Notes: generated by a model not told the origin, from the sequence alone. A stretch of DNA of 64,000 nucleotides from the human T2T-CHM13v2.0 reference genome, Homo sapiens (GCF_009914755.1 NC_060930.1); one strand, 5' to 3'; shown: positions 32,894 through 47,139, counted from the stretch's first letter. A program made the numbers and translations.

Positions 32894-34424
32894 CTGTAAG
32901 GAAAGTATTAGCAGTTATGTTTCACTGCCCAGCTGGAAGTGGCAGTACCTACAACCAGGCATCCCTGCCTTGAAGCCCCAGAGCCCTCTGAGCTGGCACT
33001 GCCTTGCTTCACTGACACAGAACAATGTAGAACACAGCGTTTCACCCTCACATTTGCCTGTGGTTGCCTATGGACTACACAGATGTAAGGTTTCATTTGA
33101 AAGGCATCAGTTGCATGCAAGAAACTGAGGGTGGCCTTAGCCTTTGAAAGTAGGGATGACAAAGGCACACTTCTCATGTATATTCTGTGCACGATTGGAA
33201 TCTCATGCCAAGTGTGTCCTTTCATATTAATTGAAGAGGGCATTGATGACTGGGCAGAATGTCTGGCTGAGACATCATCAAGAGGGTATAAAATTGCAAA
33301 TGCCTTGTGTGCCCAGAGCAAGTTGCTCCATCTGGATCCTCCACTTCCTCCTCGTGAATGTTACTAAACCGTGGTGGTAAGAATGCAGTAAAATGCTAGA
33401 CATCAAATGAAAGAGGATGGGAAATAAGCACCTTGCATGAACTAAATGGTATTGTTTTCCAAGGACATTCATATACCTTAGAATCCCAGGGACTCTTAAA
33501 GATTAGAACTCTGGTTTTTAGACCTGATTCTACTTTAGTAAGTTCAAGGGGATAAAGGAATGGAAATGAGAAATGCCGTATTCTGACCAAAAATCATCAT
33601 TAGCACCAACTTTGAAGCAGACACACTTTCTGCTTCTGGACACTAGAAGGCCCAGCCTGTGATGCAGATGTCCTCACTCTACAGGTTCCCTCATGGAGCA
33701 CTAAATGCCCTAGACTCTAGGGGTGTGGGGTTGTGCGGTGGGAACTCTAAACTCAAAACGTATCAGCCTATCAGAGAATGCCTCCAAAACCCCACATTTC
33801 CTAAGTGACTTGTTCAAGCCATCAGAACACCCCAGCTCTCTGAGGACCATGAGGAGCAGAGATCTTGTATTTGCACATTTGCTGGGATGGTGGGGAGGAC
33901 CCTGGGGAGCAAGAGGGAGATCAGCTACTGTTTATAAAGGCTGAGCCAGAAAGGCCCTTCTCTCCTTCCTAGAGTGTCAGAGGATTCCAGGACATCACCC
34001 CTCAGTTCACAGACCCAGAGAAGCTGCCATGGGCTTGTGACCAGGCCCAGGAGAGCAGCTCAGGCTCCTGCCTGCCCCATGCCTTCCCAACCAGGCCATG
34101 CTCATCCCTGTCTGCATTGACACCCTGCCTTCCAGAGCCACCAGCACAGCGAGCACCCCACATGCCTTGTCACCTGTCCCAAACCTGCCTCTCCTACAAA
34201 TACTGTTTCTTAGCTGATTGTACTGTCACCTAGGTCCAAATAGACTAACTTTAAGTGACGTAAGCAAAGGTATCACTTTGTCAGGCTTAATAAAACAAAA
34301 TTTCACCAGGAAAGAGAAAATCAAAGAAGACAACAATAATATTATTATTTGCATTTGTAAATTGTATGTTGTGTGGGTTTTTTTTTTTTTTGACATTGTG
34401 GAATATTTCTGTTCATTTGTTTTG

Positions 34425-34588
34425 TTTTCTTTTCTTTTGTTGAGACAGGGTCTTGATCTGTCACCCAGCCTGGAGTGCAGTGGCACAATCATAGCTGCCT
34501 ACAGCCTTGAAGTCCTGGGCTCAAGCAATTCTTCCTCGTCAGCCTCCTGAATAGCAGTGATTAGAGGCGCCCACACTAAGCATGGCTC
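34425..34588 (-). mobile_element. Alu monomer/AluJ fragment
   Basis: T-rich tail then tgagacagggtct...gggctcaagcaattct. Confidence 0.75.
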
Positions 34589-34975
34589 GATATGGTGGTT
34601 TTTCAAGCGCTTTGAAATGCAATCTCATTTGATTCTCTCCAGCATATTATTATGAAAGGAGAATAGTTAGCCTGGAATAACAACCTTTCCCTGATCATGA
34701 ATGTGGATGAACTGGTGAACATTAAGTAAGTTTTACGGGTAACAGGGTATCTCTTTTTCCACGTGAGGAAACTGAATCCTTCTGCCTTTTTAAAGAGCAC
34801 AACTAACATGTGGCAGGGCTGGGGTTGAAGATTGATGCTGTCCCCAAAGCCCTTGAGCCTTTCATGTGATAGACAGTTCCTCCCCACTGCCATGCAGTGG
34901 CCATGGCCCATAAAACCCAGACATAAAGCAAATATCTTCACCAGCGTGGGGTGAAGACCACAGGTGAGCGAGTAC

Positions 34976-35116
34976 CTGCTTAGCTTTAGCAAGGCAATAT
35001 CTGCTTGTGTGGGCTCCAAGAACAGCCTAGACACTTCTATTTCCTGAACATGAGATTCGAGGTTCACTTCTTGGTGTGCACCCAGGATGACCTTGTAGGA
35101 TGAAGGCCTTGAGGAC
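34976..35116 (-). CDS. LPA: LPA exon 36, protease-like domain with catalytic Asp
   Basis: 141 nt, AG/GTACTC. (K)[46 protein letters not shown](R). Confidence 0.97.
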
Positions 35117-35313
35117 CTAGAAAAGATGAGGATGTCAAGAGAAAAATATGGTCCAGCCCCTTCAGGTATCCTCTGTGCCATGAACTTGGCGCTGTCCCTC
35201 TGACACCCTCGGCCACCCAGAATCAGTGACTTATGAGTGGCAAGAAACAAAATTCACAATTTGCTGGAAACTGACAGTTAAGGTCTGTTCTCAATCTGTT
35301 TCATCAGAGACTG

Positions 35314-35734
35314 TGATATAGTTTGTATATTTGTCCCCACCTAAATCTCGTGTTCAACTGTAGTCCCCAGTGATGGAGCTATGGCCTGTGAAAGGGGTTT
35401 GGATCATAGAGGTGCATCCCTCTTGAATGGCTTGGGCCACATCTTCATGGTGATCAGTGAGCTCTCACTCTTAGTTCTTGCAAAGTCTGGTCATTTGGTA
35501 TTGTGCAGCACCCCCACCCCATCTCTCTCTGTCTCTTGCTCCTGCTCTGGCCATGTGACATGCCTGCTCCCACTTTGCCCTCCACCATGATTGTAATCTT
35601 CCTTAGGCCCACACAGAAGCAGAGGAGATGACAGCATCCTGCTTCCTGTAAAGCCTGCAGAAACATGTGCCAATTAAACTCTTTTCTTTATAAATTATTC
35701 AGCCTCAGATATTGCTCTAGAGCAATGCAATACA
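35314..35734 (+). mobile_element. MST-type MaLR LTR
   Basis: tgatatagtttgtatatttgtcccc start and gcaatgcaa...aca end region. Confidence 0.75.
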
Positions 35735-36032
35735 GATTGATGCCTCTGGTAGTGAACAGCTCTGTCCTGCGGTTTATACAGGTCCAAAAAATCACTTGCA
35801 CTGGGTCTTCCCTCTGCAGATTCCCTCTAGAAACACTTCCCTCCTCTCTCATCCAATTGCCCTGGAAATTCTGCCTCAGGATTCTGCATGCATTCCCTGG
35901 TTCCTAGTGTTCCTTCCAGAAAAGGAAGAGAGGTGGGGAGGAAGGAAGGGGAGGGTGGGAAGAAAGAAGGGATGGAGGAAGAGAGGGAGGAAAAAAGTCT
36001 TGAAGATAAGACCCCATGTCAGTTTTCCCTTA

Positions 36033-36161
<129 letters not shown>

Positions 36162-37617
36162 CTACTTCATTGTACAGAAAGCCAGGAAGACAAGTTCACT
36201 CAGTTTTGATCATGTTCATATTCCCAAAGCAAAGGACTACCGCCCAACGTCAGGATAGTAGAAACTTCGAGCTGTGCTCCAGTAGTGAGATTTTTCAGAA
36301 GGGCCCATCTGTGCCACTTTTTTTGATGCCTGAGGCAAGAATAGGCACAGCCTGTCCCCAGGAGAGCAAAGCTAAGTGACTCCAGAATGAAGCTCTATAG
36401 CTGTGGCTTTCACCCCACAGCCCTGGACTCTGACAAAAGTGACCAGCCCAAGACCTTCCCAAGGTCTCTTTCATTTTTTATGACAAGATCTATGCAAGGT
36501 CACTCTTCAAGGAGCCAGATACGATCCTGAGCAGCAGTGACTCATGAGGGTCTTCTGATCTTACCTGAAAAGTTTACTTTTGGGGGATGTTTCTTGACTC
36601 ACTTACTTTCTAGGACTGTGTAGGCAGTTGATAGATCAGAATAATGGTGTGAGCCACTTGGAGCCAGATTGCAACGAAGAGGAATAGAGATAGGAAGTGC
36701 ATGATGGCAGTATGTTGATAGTCAGTGAGGACATAGACCACCACACAGTTTAGGAAAGAATGAATCTGAAATATGTGGAAGGTGAAAGCTCTGTAGAGCA
36801 AGAAGTTACAAACGATAAAGTAAAGAAAAATCAACTCAACAGCAGAGTGAAATGCGATGCGATCAGGTTTGTCGATGGCATTTCACAAACTTACAGAAGG
36901 AAGTCTCTTTAGAGAACAGCAATTGAGCACAGGTGCCCTGGTGTAGAAAGGAGATGAGGAAGCAAAACATGCAGGCAGATGGGTCTGTGTCCTATGTGTT
37001 CTTCCTAAGAGACACCCAAGCAAACTGAACTTACGAATTGCATGTTCCACTGAAACGATACCCAAAATGTCCAGGTTCTGTGGGTTCGGACTGATTACTC
37101 TTCATTTATGGGGATCACAACCCATAACTTGTTCATGTGTTTGTGAATAGATGAATAGCCTCGGCATTGAATTCAATGATTCACAAAAGTGTAAAAAAAA
37201 ATCTGTGCCTGTGATAGACTGTAGGTAAGTTTGCTCTTGTCCTCCCTCACTGCAAAGTGTCACATTTCTAAAAACTTCCCTTTCTTTTCATCTGACAGTG
37301 AGACAATGGATATCCATAGAAACCCTCAGAGCATCTTCAATATTTTCCAAAAGTATTGGAACTTGGTGCAAATCACTGTGCCTACAGATTTTGATGGAAC
37401 TGCCCAGATCAAGAAAAAGATTTGTATTTTGGCTATTTTCCAAGTAGAGAACCTATAATAATATAACTTTTTTTAATTTTTCTATATTTTTTCCTCCTTC
37501 AGAAAACAGAGAGGCAGGTATTGATGCATCAGCTGTGTGGGTTCTGTGTAAATGTAGAAGGGTTTTGTGGGGCTTACATGGAAGGACAGTATAGATGGTT
37601 TCTGGGCCTGTTCTTAC

Positions 37618-37738
37618 CTTGTTCTGAGACTGACTTGCCAGGGCCAGGAATGTGGGTGGGCCACACACCCCCCTACAATGCTTCCAGGACATTTCTTCGG
37701 CTCCACTTGAGGCTTCCCACAATCAAATGAAGAGGATG
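37618..37738 (-). CDS. LPA: LPA exon 34, activation-site exon
   Basis: 121 nt, AG/GTAAG. (A)[39 protein letters not shown](R). Ser-Ile replaces the plasminogen Arg-Val. Confidence 0.97.
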
Positions 37739-40331
37739 CTGTGGCACAAGGTGGGAAAAGAAGTCGCATTTGAGTCCAAGTTAGCAATTGTGTCGTTTAA
37801 TTCAGGACGAATTCCAAGCACTAGTTTTTCACATCTCAAAGGTGAAATTAAATGGTAAAATCATAAACACTCTTTAGATTTTTCTTTCTAAGTTTAAAAA
37901 GTGGTAGTAAACAACAAAGGACACTCTCCTTTCAAGGAAATATAAGTTCTTTCTAAACCATGTAAAGTTTACTGAAAGGCACAAAGGATTCTTTTGCATG
38001 TGAGTCTCTGTGTGTGGACATATGTGCATGTGCGTATGTGATTTTATGTAGCAAGGATAACTGTCCTATGTTGAAATGTTGCCTTCTCTCAGCCAGCTTC
38101 AGGACAGTTCTTCTGGGGAGCCTCCCATGACTAACTGACTGCTGTGGGGGTAATTTACACACATGTGCCTCTATTCTTCTTTTCCTCCTCCCTGCCTTCT
38201 CTCTGCAGCAAGCCCACAAGGTCTCTGGAGGTAGGGAAAGTGTCCCATCTTTGGTACCACCCATCAATGCCTACAACAGTGCAGGGGCTACAGAGGGTGT
38301 TCAAAAATGCTTCTCTGTTGTCTCCAGCCCTTCAAGGTCTTCAAAACTATAAATATTAATATAGTTAATAATTATTCATATAATTATTAATAACAACTGC
38401 AAGAGGAAATTCCTCCCCAACCAACCAGAGATTCTACACTCCAGTGAATCTGGAACCTGAGTTTTCCAAATAACTTTTCATTTGCTGTGGGTTGTTTTGA
38501 GAATCTATCTATAGAAGTCTTTTGTAAAAAAGAAGCATGGCATGGAATGCAATCATCTTTTCTAGTGCTGAGCTCAATTTCTGCTAGTATGCCTTACATA
38601 CAGTAAACATGCATCATTGTACTAAAAGAGTAACTACAGAAATTATACCCTACTCCTACTATTCAAAATAAAACTGAATGTTTCTATTTATTTTTACTTA
38701 TTTATTATTCGTACTGAATGTGTTGGTGGAAATGAAATAGTTATTAAACTCTTTCTCCAACCAGAGGCTCTAACTTTCTCAATCATGAGTCAAACCTGAA
38801 TATCCCACCAACCACATCCTTCTGCAGGAAACAGTCCTCAGGATTTCCAAGTGTCTGATGGGAACCCTCCTCACCAGGCTTGGGGTTAACCTCACTTGTC
38901 TTACATCAAAGTAAGGTGGGGAACCTCACAGTCCATTGGAAGAAATCTTGTTCCCATTCTTCCTTCTTTCTCCAATCTCTAAGAACCTGATTCTCATACA
39001 TCCTCAATGTGGGTGAGGACAGCAGAATTGCACCTGGGAAGCTACTGCACTTCCCTTCCATGGGAGTCAAAGGTGCATGAGTCCCAGGCACTACTGTGGG
39101 TGTTTGAGGCAGGTAAGTCAGACTGGGCTTAAATTCAAGGCAGCCTGTCAAGGATAGAGAGCCCAGGCAGTGAGAGGCAGTGGCGTGTACTAGATGGGGC
39201 CAGAAGCGGAGAACTGGAACTGACCCCATCAAGAGACTTTGAGGTAGAGGAACCACCAAGATGCTTCTGCAATAGCACCGACAAAATAGAACAAAAGCAC
39301 CCACTCGAGAAAAAAGTCAGCTATCAACTCACACTAAATCCAGAGACCACAATGCCACATTATAATAATATTGGCCAAGTAGAATCTTTCCTATCACCCT
39401 AACCTCTCCTTCTTCCCTCTTGCTCTCCCCAGGAGTGGCCCAAATGTGACGATGGGCAGTGTGGCTCCCATGATCTTCATCACTGCCCTGTACCACCTCC
39501 CCAGGCAATCTCAGGATGCTGGTCTTCAGTGGACTTGGAGGCCAACCTTCTTCCCCCAGCTCAAGGTCCCTTCACATGGCAGACCCAACCACAAGCAACC
39601 AAATTACACAAAAGAAAAGTCCAGGGTGGTGTTCTGTAACTCGGACAGACAAGTTGATTGGTCAGCAGGAAGAAAATAGGGAACAAGTACAAGTGGCTTT
39701 TTTTCCCCCATGGATTTGTTACCCCAATCATTTAAGATCTAATGTCAATTCCCCTTCCCCTGATCCAAGCCTCATACTCCCAATAAGAGTCTCAGAGCAA
39801 TGAGGAAGGAACCTAACAAGCAGTCTCTAAGCAATGTCGCTAATGGGACTCATGAGTAGTAATCTTACGAGAAAGGCCATCTGGGGCTAAAGAGCTGCAC
39901 TACCCTTCATTGATTTCCTAGGATGGCCATCTGAGGTTTACAATGTGCATTACATGCTTAGCTGTTTCCTGCTGCTCGTATTTTTTTTTTCTTCTCAGCT
40001 GCAGAAGAGGACAGTTTTTCATCATAATGACTCTAAATTTGTTTTTCATGCATCCCACGCTAGACAAAGAAGGGTTCGGTGGGACTATCCCGGGCTGATT
40101 AGATCACCTCTAAGTTTGCCCTTTGGGAATTTGACATTTATTTTATTTATGTGTGTGTGGTGGGAGGGGCGGGTGTTTTCCTAACAAATGGGGCCAATAG
40201 TAGGGCAGGTTCAAGGTGGCCATGATGAAAAGCAGGCTCTGGTGCAGAGGGCAGCCATCTCCTCCCCAGAAGCACTCAGCTCAAAAGCCATTTTCTGTTT
40301 TTTTTGTTTTTTTTTTTCCAAATCCATATTA

Positions 40332-40493
<162 letters not shown>

Positions 40494-40925
40494 TCACGTG
40501 GAGCAGGAGAGGGAGAAGATATTCTAAGGCACACACATTTCACATCTATTCTTAGAAGACAAAAGGGAGCGTTCCTTCTTCCTTTCTATCATTATTATAT
40601 TTTTTGACAAAGTTATTTCTTTCTATGCTGTAAGCCATCAGTCATAGTCAAAAGGAGTTATGAGGCCACACCCTTAACCAGGGTGTGGTGACCCTGAAGG
40701 GTCTTTGGAGAATGTGCCACTTCTCCAGGAGCTTGACCCACTGGAGGTCTTAGAGCTAGAGCCTCAGAGGACAGTGGGACATCATTGATGAGCTTTGTCC
40801 CTGGGGCGCTGAGGGGTCTTCTACCTGATAAAGCCTGTTTGCTGTTGATTCAGAAATGCTTACTTCCATGCATTATGCACCATCCACAGCCAAGACACAC
40901 AAAGGCAGTATCATCCTTAGCTTCC

Positions 40926-41770
40926 TGTGATATTGTGATAGAATAAGAAATGTATATTGGGTCTCTGCCCCCCAGTTCTTAACACAGAGCTCCTAAATCC
41001 CTTGGAGTTTCCTGGGTGAAGGGAGCTGCAATGAAGCAACTCTTGGTGGGTTCCTGGATAGCCCCAGGGGCTGGTTGCCAAGGGAACCAACCATGTGACT
41101 TGAGGGTTGGAACTGTTCAGCCCCACCCTCCAACCTCCAGGGAGGGAAGAGGGGCCGAAGGTGAGCCGATCACCGATGGCCAATGATGTAATCAACTGTG
41201 CCTCTGTAATGAAGCCTCCATAAAAACCCAACAAGACTGCACTTGGAGAGCTTCTGGGTTGCTGAACACTTAGGGTACTGGGGACTGGTGCACTGGAGAG
41301 GGCATAGAGGCTCTGAGCCCCTTCCCACGTGCCTTGCCCTGTGCATCTCTTCCACCTGGCTGTTCACCAGGATCCTTTTTAATATCTTTTATAATAAATG
41401 GGTAAATAAAAGTAACGTGTTTCCCTGAGTTCTGTGAGCCACTCTAGCAAAGTAATCAAACCCATGGAGGGTCATATAGAAAAACAGATCTTTATCCAGC
41501 TGGGCAGAAGTACAGGTCACAGCCTGCAACTTGGGATTGGCATCTGCAGTGGGGCAGTCTTGTAGGACTGAGCCTTAACTTGTGGGATCTGACACTGTCT
41601 CCAGATAGAGTGTCAGGACCGAGTTACATTGTAGGACACCCAGCTGGTATCTGCTGGAGACTCGCTTGGGGTGTGAGGAGAAATCCCCCCATATCTGGTG
41701 TGAGAAGTGTTATGTTACATGGGTGTGAGAGTGGGGGAACACAGACACTTTGGTTTTTCCTATATCTCAG
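40926..41770 (+). mobile_element. MER21-like LTR
   Basis: tgtgatattgtgatagaataagaaatgtatattgggtctctgcccc start, internal TATA-like cataaaa and aataaa. Confidence 0.7.
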
Positions 41771-41923
41771 TCTTCCCTATTCATAGGCCCCAAAGTAAAC
41801 CATCACAGAGAATGCATGAGGCTAAGGGAAGTCTCATGGTGACCTGATGGCCCATCCAAATCTTTTCTAGAAAAATCTGACTTAAGCCTCATAGAGGGCA
41901 TCTCTGACTACTAGAACCCAGAG

Positions 41924-42468
41924 CAGTGTGGTTCCCCAACTTTTTTGGCACCAGAGACCAGTTTCATAAAAGGCAATTTTTCTGTGCACCTGGGGTGAGG
42001 GGGCGATGGTTAAAGGATGACTCAAGTACCTTCCATTTATCGTGCACTTTATTTCAATTATTATTACATTGTAATATATAATGAAATAAATGTGCATCTC
42101 ACCATAAGGTAAAATCAGTGGGAGCCCTGAGCTAATTTTCCTGCAAGTAGGTGGTCCCATCTGGGGGTGATGGAAGCATGACAGATCATCAGGCATTAGA
42201 TTCTCATAAGGAGCATGCAATCTAGATTCCTCACATGTGCAGTTCACAATAGGGTTTGTGCTATGATAATCTAATGCTGCCTCTGATCTGACAGCTGGCA
42301 GAGCTCAGGCAGCTATGAGAGTGATGGGAAGCAGCAGAAAATACAGATGAAGCTTTGTTTGCTCCCCCGAAGCTCACCTCCTGCTGTGCAGCCCAGTTCC
42401 TAACAGGCCACAGATAATTACCAGTTCCAGTACCAGTACCAGTACCAGTACTGGAGTGGGGACCCCTG
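41924..42468. mobile_element. MER1A-like hAT-Charlie element
   Basis: cag..gttccccaac ... gtggggacccctg TIRs, about 545 bp, with internal (CCAGTA)n. Confidence 0.8.
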
Positions 42469-42718
42469 GCTTAGAGGACAAGCACTAGAAACGAGAAACA
42501 GCACCCAACAATGGAAACAGTAAAGAAATGTCAAAAGAGAAGAGGCCTGAGAACCCCCACACGCGTGGGGCTTTGCTGGCCTGTGCTGCTTGCACTTTCC
42601 ATGCTAAGGCTAATTACGCTTAGCCTCCTGAAGTCTTTCCAGTATTTTCCTCTGCCCCTCTTCTGTTTGAAAAGATTTGTCAGCAAAGGGAAAAAGAGTC
42701 CAAATCAAAGTGGCTTAC

Positions 42719-42867
42719 ATTTTTTTCCAGACCTGCCCATTTATTTGTCCCTGGAATGAACGTGCTGTGTCTATGGGGCTCCTGGGCAGCCCATTCCTGG
42801 CATGGCGTCCCAGTAACAGTGGTTGCCTTCTTGCCCCGGTATCCTTTCCCATTCCCAAACATACAGT
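42719..42867 (-). CDS. LPA: LPA exon 32, kringle V first half
   Basis: 149 nt, AG/GTAAG. (D)[49 protein letters not shown]. Confidence 0.97.
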
Positions 42868-43407
42868 CTGTAGAAAAAAATAAAAATAAAACAGATGATT
42901 ACAGACAGCCAGGCAGCCACATAGACCCAGGACGATACAGAATCAATGCAGTCATGTCAGGCTTCTCTAGGACGACAGAATCAGGGGCCACATTCCTCAG
43001 GAGCCACAACGCTGAAGACTGCAATGAACACTATTTTAAGAAATTACTGGAAATGCTTATTGGCTTGGAAATAATCACACAGTTGACAGCATGTTAGAAT
43101 AGGAATTTGACTGGGACACTGAAATAACCCATTTTAGAATAAGGTGAGTGGTTAAGTTGAGCACCCTGGAGGTTTTGCGCCAGTCCTAAAGTCACTACTC
43201 CCACAAGTTGTGCCAAAAATCACAGCTCTGGCTTTCCCAGGGACGGCACTGAGACTTCCTTGGTCATGGCAGAACCTCAACCAACACTCGAGCTCCCGTG
43301 TAGCACTAAAGGCTTCTGCATCAGTGTGGTTTTTCATGTCTTTTCATCCCGTTGTCCAAGCACATAGAGAGGTATGTGCTAGACAAGGTAAGACACAGAC
43401 TTCTTAC

Positions 43408-43589
43408 CTTGTTCAGAAGGAGGCCCTAGGCTTGGAACCTGGATGACAGTCGGAGGAGCGACCACAGTCCCTTCTGTGTCTGAGCATCGCGTCAGGTTGC
43501 AGTACTCCCACCTGATGCTGGGGTCCGTGGTAAAACACCAAGGGCCTGTATCGGCATCTGGATTCCTGCAGTAGTTCATTGTCAGGCCA
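43408..43589 (-). CDS. LPA: LPA exon 31, kringle IV type 10 second exon
   Basis: 182 nt (canonical KIV second-exon size), AG/GTAAG. (D)[60 protein letters not shown](D). Confidence 0.97.
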
Positions 43590-43818
43590 CTGGAAATTCC
43601 AAAGCAATACAAGTTACAGGAGGCGGAAGAATATTGAGGGACATCCAGCACCCTCTACATTTTGTTCTAACAAAGTCTTAACAAGTGTCTTTGAAATATT
43701 CCCATTAAAGGTATCATACAATTGCCACAACACAAATGTTCCTCAACTTCCCATTTGTGCATGCCTTTCAAAGATAGATGATAATTTTTATTTTAAAATA
43801 TCAAAAGTAGTATATGCT

Positions 43819-44207
43819 TGTATTAGCCCGTTCTCACATTGCTATGAGGAAATACCCGAGACAGACTGGGTAAGTTACAAAGAAAAGAGTTTTAATTGAC
43901 TCACAGTTCCACATTGCTGGGGAGGCCTCTGGAAATTTACAGTCATGGCAGAAGGCAAGGGAGAAACAGGCACCTTCTTCACAGGCGGCAGGACAGAGTA
44001 AGTGCAAGTAGGGGAAATGCCAGACACTTACAAAACCATCAGATCTCAGGAGACTCTCTCACTGTCATGAGAACAGCCTGGGAGAAACTGCCCCCATGAT
44101 CCAGTTACCTCCACCTGGTCCTGCCCTTGACACATGGGGATTATCAGGATTATAGAGATTACAAGTCAAGATGAGATTTTGGGTGGGGACATAGCCAAAC
44201 CCTATCA
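43819..44207 (-). mobile_element. THE1/MST-type MaLR solo LTR
   Basis: tgtattagccc...agccaaaccctatca with perfect TSD ATGCT (43814-43818, 44208-44212). Confidence 0.9.
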
Positions 44208-44870
44208 ATGCTCCATATAAAAACTGAGATCATACATAAATGTGCAAAAGAAAGGAACCAGAATACCCTCCTTCTACCTTCTGCCAAGCACATACCCCTA
44301 GAGGAACCGGTATACGGATTTTGATGTGTGTCTTATAGATTGTTATGCATATACAAATGCGTCTATACCTGTCTAACTCTCTGTATCTCTTTCTACAGGA
44401 CTGTATAGTAACATGTGAGTTGGAACTAACATATATTTCTCCAAGGAGGAAATGCCATCCAAGATGATATCATTCCCAGGCCAGCCTCCCTTACTCTCTG
44501 TACTAGTCGTGTAGCTAAAAGGCTCTGCATTTACAGTGAAAAACAACCATGAAAATAGCATTATTGTCAATACCACTTCAGGTGGGTCAAGTGAGTTTGA
44601 GTCTAAAAGACTTATAAAAGCTGACCTGGAAGACTAGGTCCCAGGCAGGATGCTGTTTCTCTAGGATGGGTTCCTGGGCAGAACCTCCTCTCCTACTCTC
44701 AGTCCATCCTCTACTGGCCACAGCCACTGCGGGACTGACAGAAGGGGGATGAGATGAAGGAACAGTGGGACCCAAGGCATAAAGTGAGAGGGCTGGCTAG
44801 ACTATGGGATCTGAAAAGGTCCACCAGCTATGGAGGGTTCAGAAAAACAATTGAGTAAGTAAGAGGCACA

Positions 44871-45165
44871 GGCTGGGTGCTTTGGCTCACGCCTGTAATC
44901 CCAGCACTTTGGGAAGCCAAGGCGGGTGGATCACGAGGTCAACAGAGCGAGACCATCTTGGCCAACATGGCAAAACCCCGTCTCTACTAAAAATACAAAA
45001 ATTAGCTGGGCGCAGTGGCGCACATCTGTAGTCCCAGCTACTCATGAAGCTGAGGCAGGAGAATCTCTTGAACCCTGGAGTTGGAGGCTGCAATCAGCCG
45101 AGATTGGGCCATTACACTCCTGCCTGGCGACAGAGCGAGACTCTGTCAAGAAAAAAAAAAAAAAA
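44871..45165 (+). mobile_element. AluSc-like
   Basis: Full dimer with A tail, flanked by aagaggcacag/aaaaagcacag. Confidence 0.9.
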
Positions 45166-46842
45166 GCACAGCCGGTGAGGACCCCGGTGGTGGGGGATCT
45201 TGGAGAATGTGCTCCCCTTCGTTCCTCCCAGGAATGTTGCTCCAACCTCTCAGAATCCTCACATTCATGACATGTGGCTGTCTGAGAAACCTTGAAATGT
45301 ATTATGTACCGTGGGAATGCAACATTGTCTCTGTAGAGACTCTATACATGTGACCCAGTCTCAAGCCCAGATTCTCCATTCCAGCAAGCTGGTTCTCCAA
45401 GCAGCTGGCTGTGTTAGCAAGTATAGTATATGAGGGAGGTTATTGATCTATTTTCAACTGAGGTATATTTTCATGTATAGTCAAATGCACAGATCTTAGA
45501 TGTAGTTTGATGACTTCTGATGAACATGTACACTTGTGTAACTCACACTTCAATCACAATACAGGACATTTACATCACCCCAGAAAAAAACTTCGTTTTA
45601 CTGCTCAATCAATCTCTGCTACTCTCTTCCCATGGCCAGAGGCAAATGATATTGGTTTCTTTCACCAGAAATTAGTTTTACCTTTCTGGAACCTTACATC
45701 AATAGACTCATACATAATGTTCATTTTTGTTATCTGGCATCTTTCTTTAATGTAATATTTTTGAGCATCTTCCATACTATTTGAGAGTATCAAAAACATG
45801 CTCCCTTTTATTGCTGAACAGTATGCCATTGTATGACTAGTTCACAAATTATTTATTCATTTTCTTATTGATTGACATTGAAATTGTCTACAGTTTGGGG
45901 TTATAAAAAATAAAGCTGCTATGAATATTCTTGGAGATGTCTTCGTGGACTTATGTTTCCATTTCTGTGGGGTAAATATTCACAAACAGGATTGCAGGTT
46001 TGTAGGGTAAAAGTGCATTTATTGAACTTTTGGAGAAACTATCAGACTGATTTCAAAAGTGGTTGTATCATTTTGCACTTTCACCAGCATATGAGAGAGT
46101 TTCACATCCTTGCTCTACATCAGTGACATCAGTTACTGTGGTGTCTTCTTAATAATATCCATGTCCATTGGGTGTTTGGTGACATCTCATGATGATTATA
46201 ACTCTTTATTTTTCATGGCTGAGATACTGGACATTTTTTCAGGTGCTTATTGGCTATGTGTACATCTATCTATCCCCAAGAAATGCCTATTCAATCTGTT
46301 GCCCATTAGTTGTTTGTCCTCTGTTTAGTGAGTGGGAGAAATGTTCCTATATTCTGGACACAAGCCATTTGTCAGATATATGGACAGAGAGCATTTTTCT
46401 TCTCATGTGTTACTTGCCTATTTATTTTCTTAACAATGACTTTTGGTAAGCATGAGTTTTCATGAAAGCCCACATTATAATTTGTTTTATTTTATAGTGA
46501 GTGTTTACAGACTCCTGCCTCAAAAAAGTTTGCCTTCTCCAAGGTTGTGAAGATTTTATATTTTTTCATGGAACTTTCATATTTCAGGTTCAGTTTTAGC
46601 TCTGACACTTAGGTGGAAGAGATATCAAAATAATTTGAGATGAAAAGCAAAAGTCAAGTTCTGCTTTTGTTTTGTATCATGGATATCCAAATGGTTCAGA
46701 ATGATTTTGTAAAACATTTTTGTCTCCATTGAATTGCTTTGCCATCTATACGGAAAATCCATTTACCATATATGTATGTGGGTCTGGTGGTGGGCCATCC
46801 CTTTTTAGGTTTGCATACTTTTTTGGCCAATAACACATATCC

Positions 46843-47139
46843 TTTTTTTTTTTTTTTTTGAGACAGTGTCTCATTCCATCATCCAGGCTGGAATGCAGAG
46901 GCATGATCAATGCTCACTCATGGCTAGACCTCCTGAGTCAAGCAATCCTCTCACCTCAGCATTCCGAGTAGCTGAAACTACATGTGCAAGTCATCACATC
47001 GATCTAATTGTTTATTTTTTGTAGAGAGAGGGTCTCACTCTGTTGCTAAGGCTGGTCTTGAACATCTGGGCTCAAGCCATCCTCCAGACTCAGCCTCCCA
47101 AAATGTTGGGGTAACAGGCATGAGCCAAGGGGCCAGGCC
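46843..47139 (-). mobile_element. AluJ
   Basis: Poly-T and diverged dimer with gggctcaagc J-type motifs. Confidence 0.85.

Noticed and set aside
35038-35040. Ile1891Met risk allele or splice-null alleles
   Set aside because: The codon is ATA (Ile), and all 11 exons have intact AG acceptors, with GT donors on the 10 internal exons.
34603-35250. 215-aa ORF
   Set aside because: LPA exon 36 plus in-frame intronic read-through, not a separate gene.
38355-38392. AT-rich palindrome with an HNF1-like site in intron 33
   Set aside because: Short, low-complexity and likely to arise by chance.
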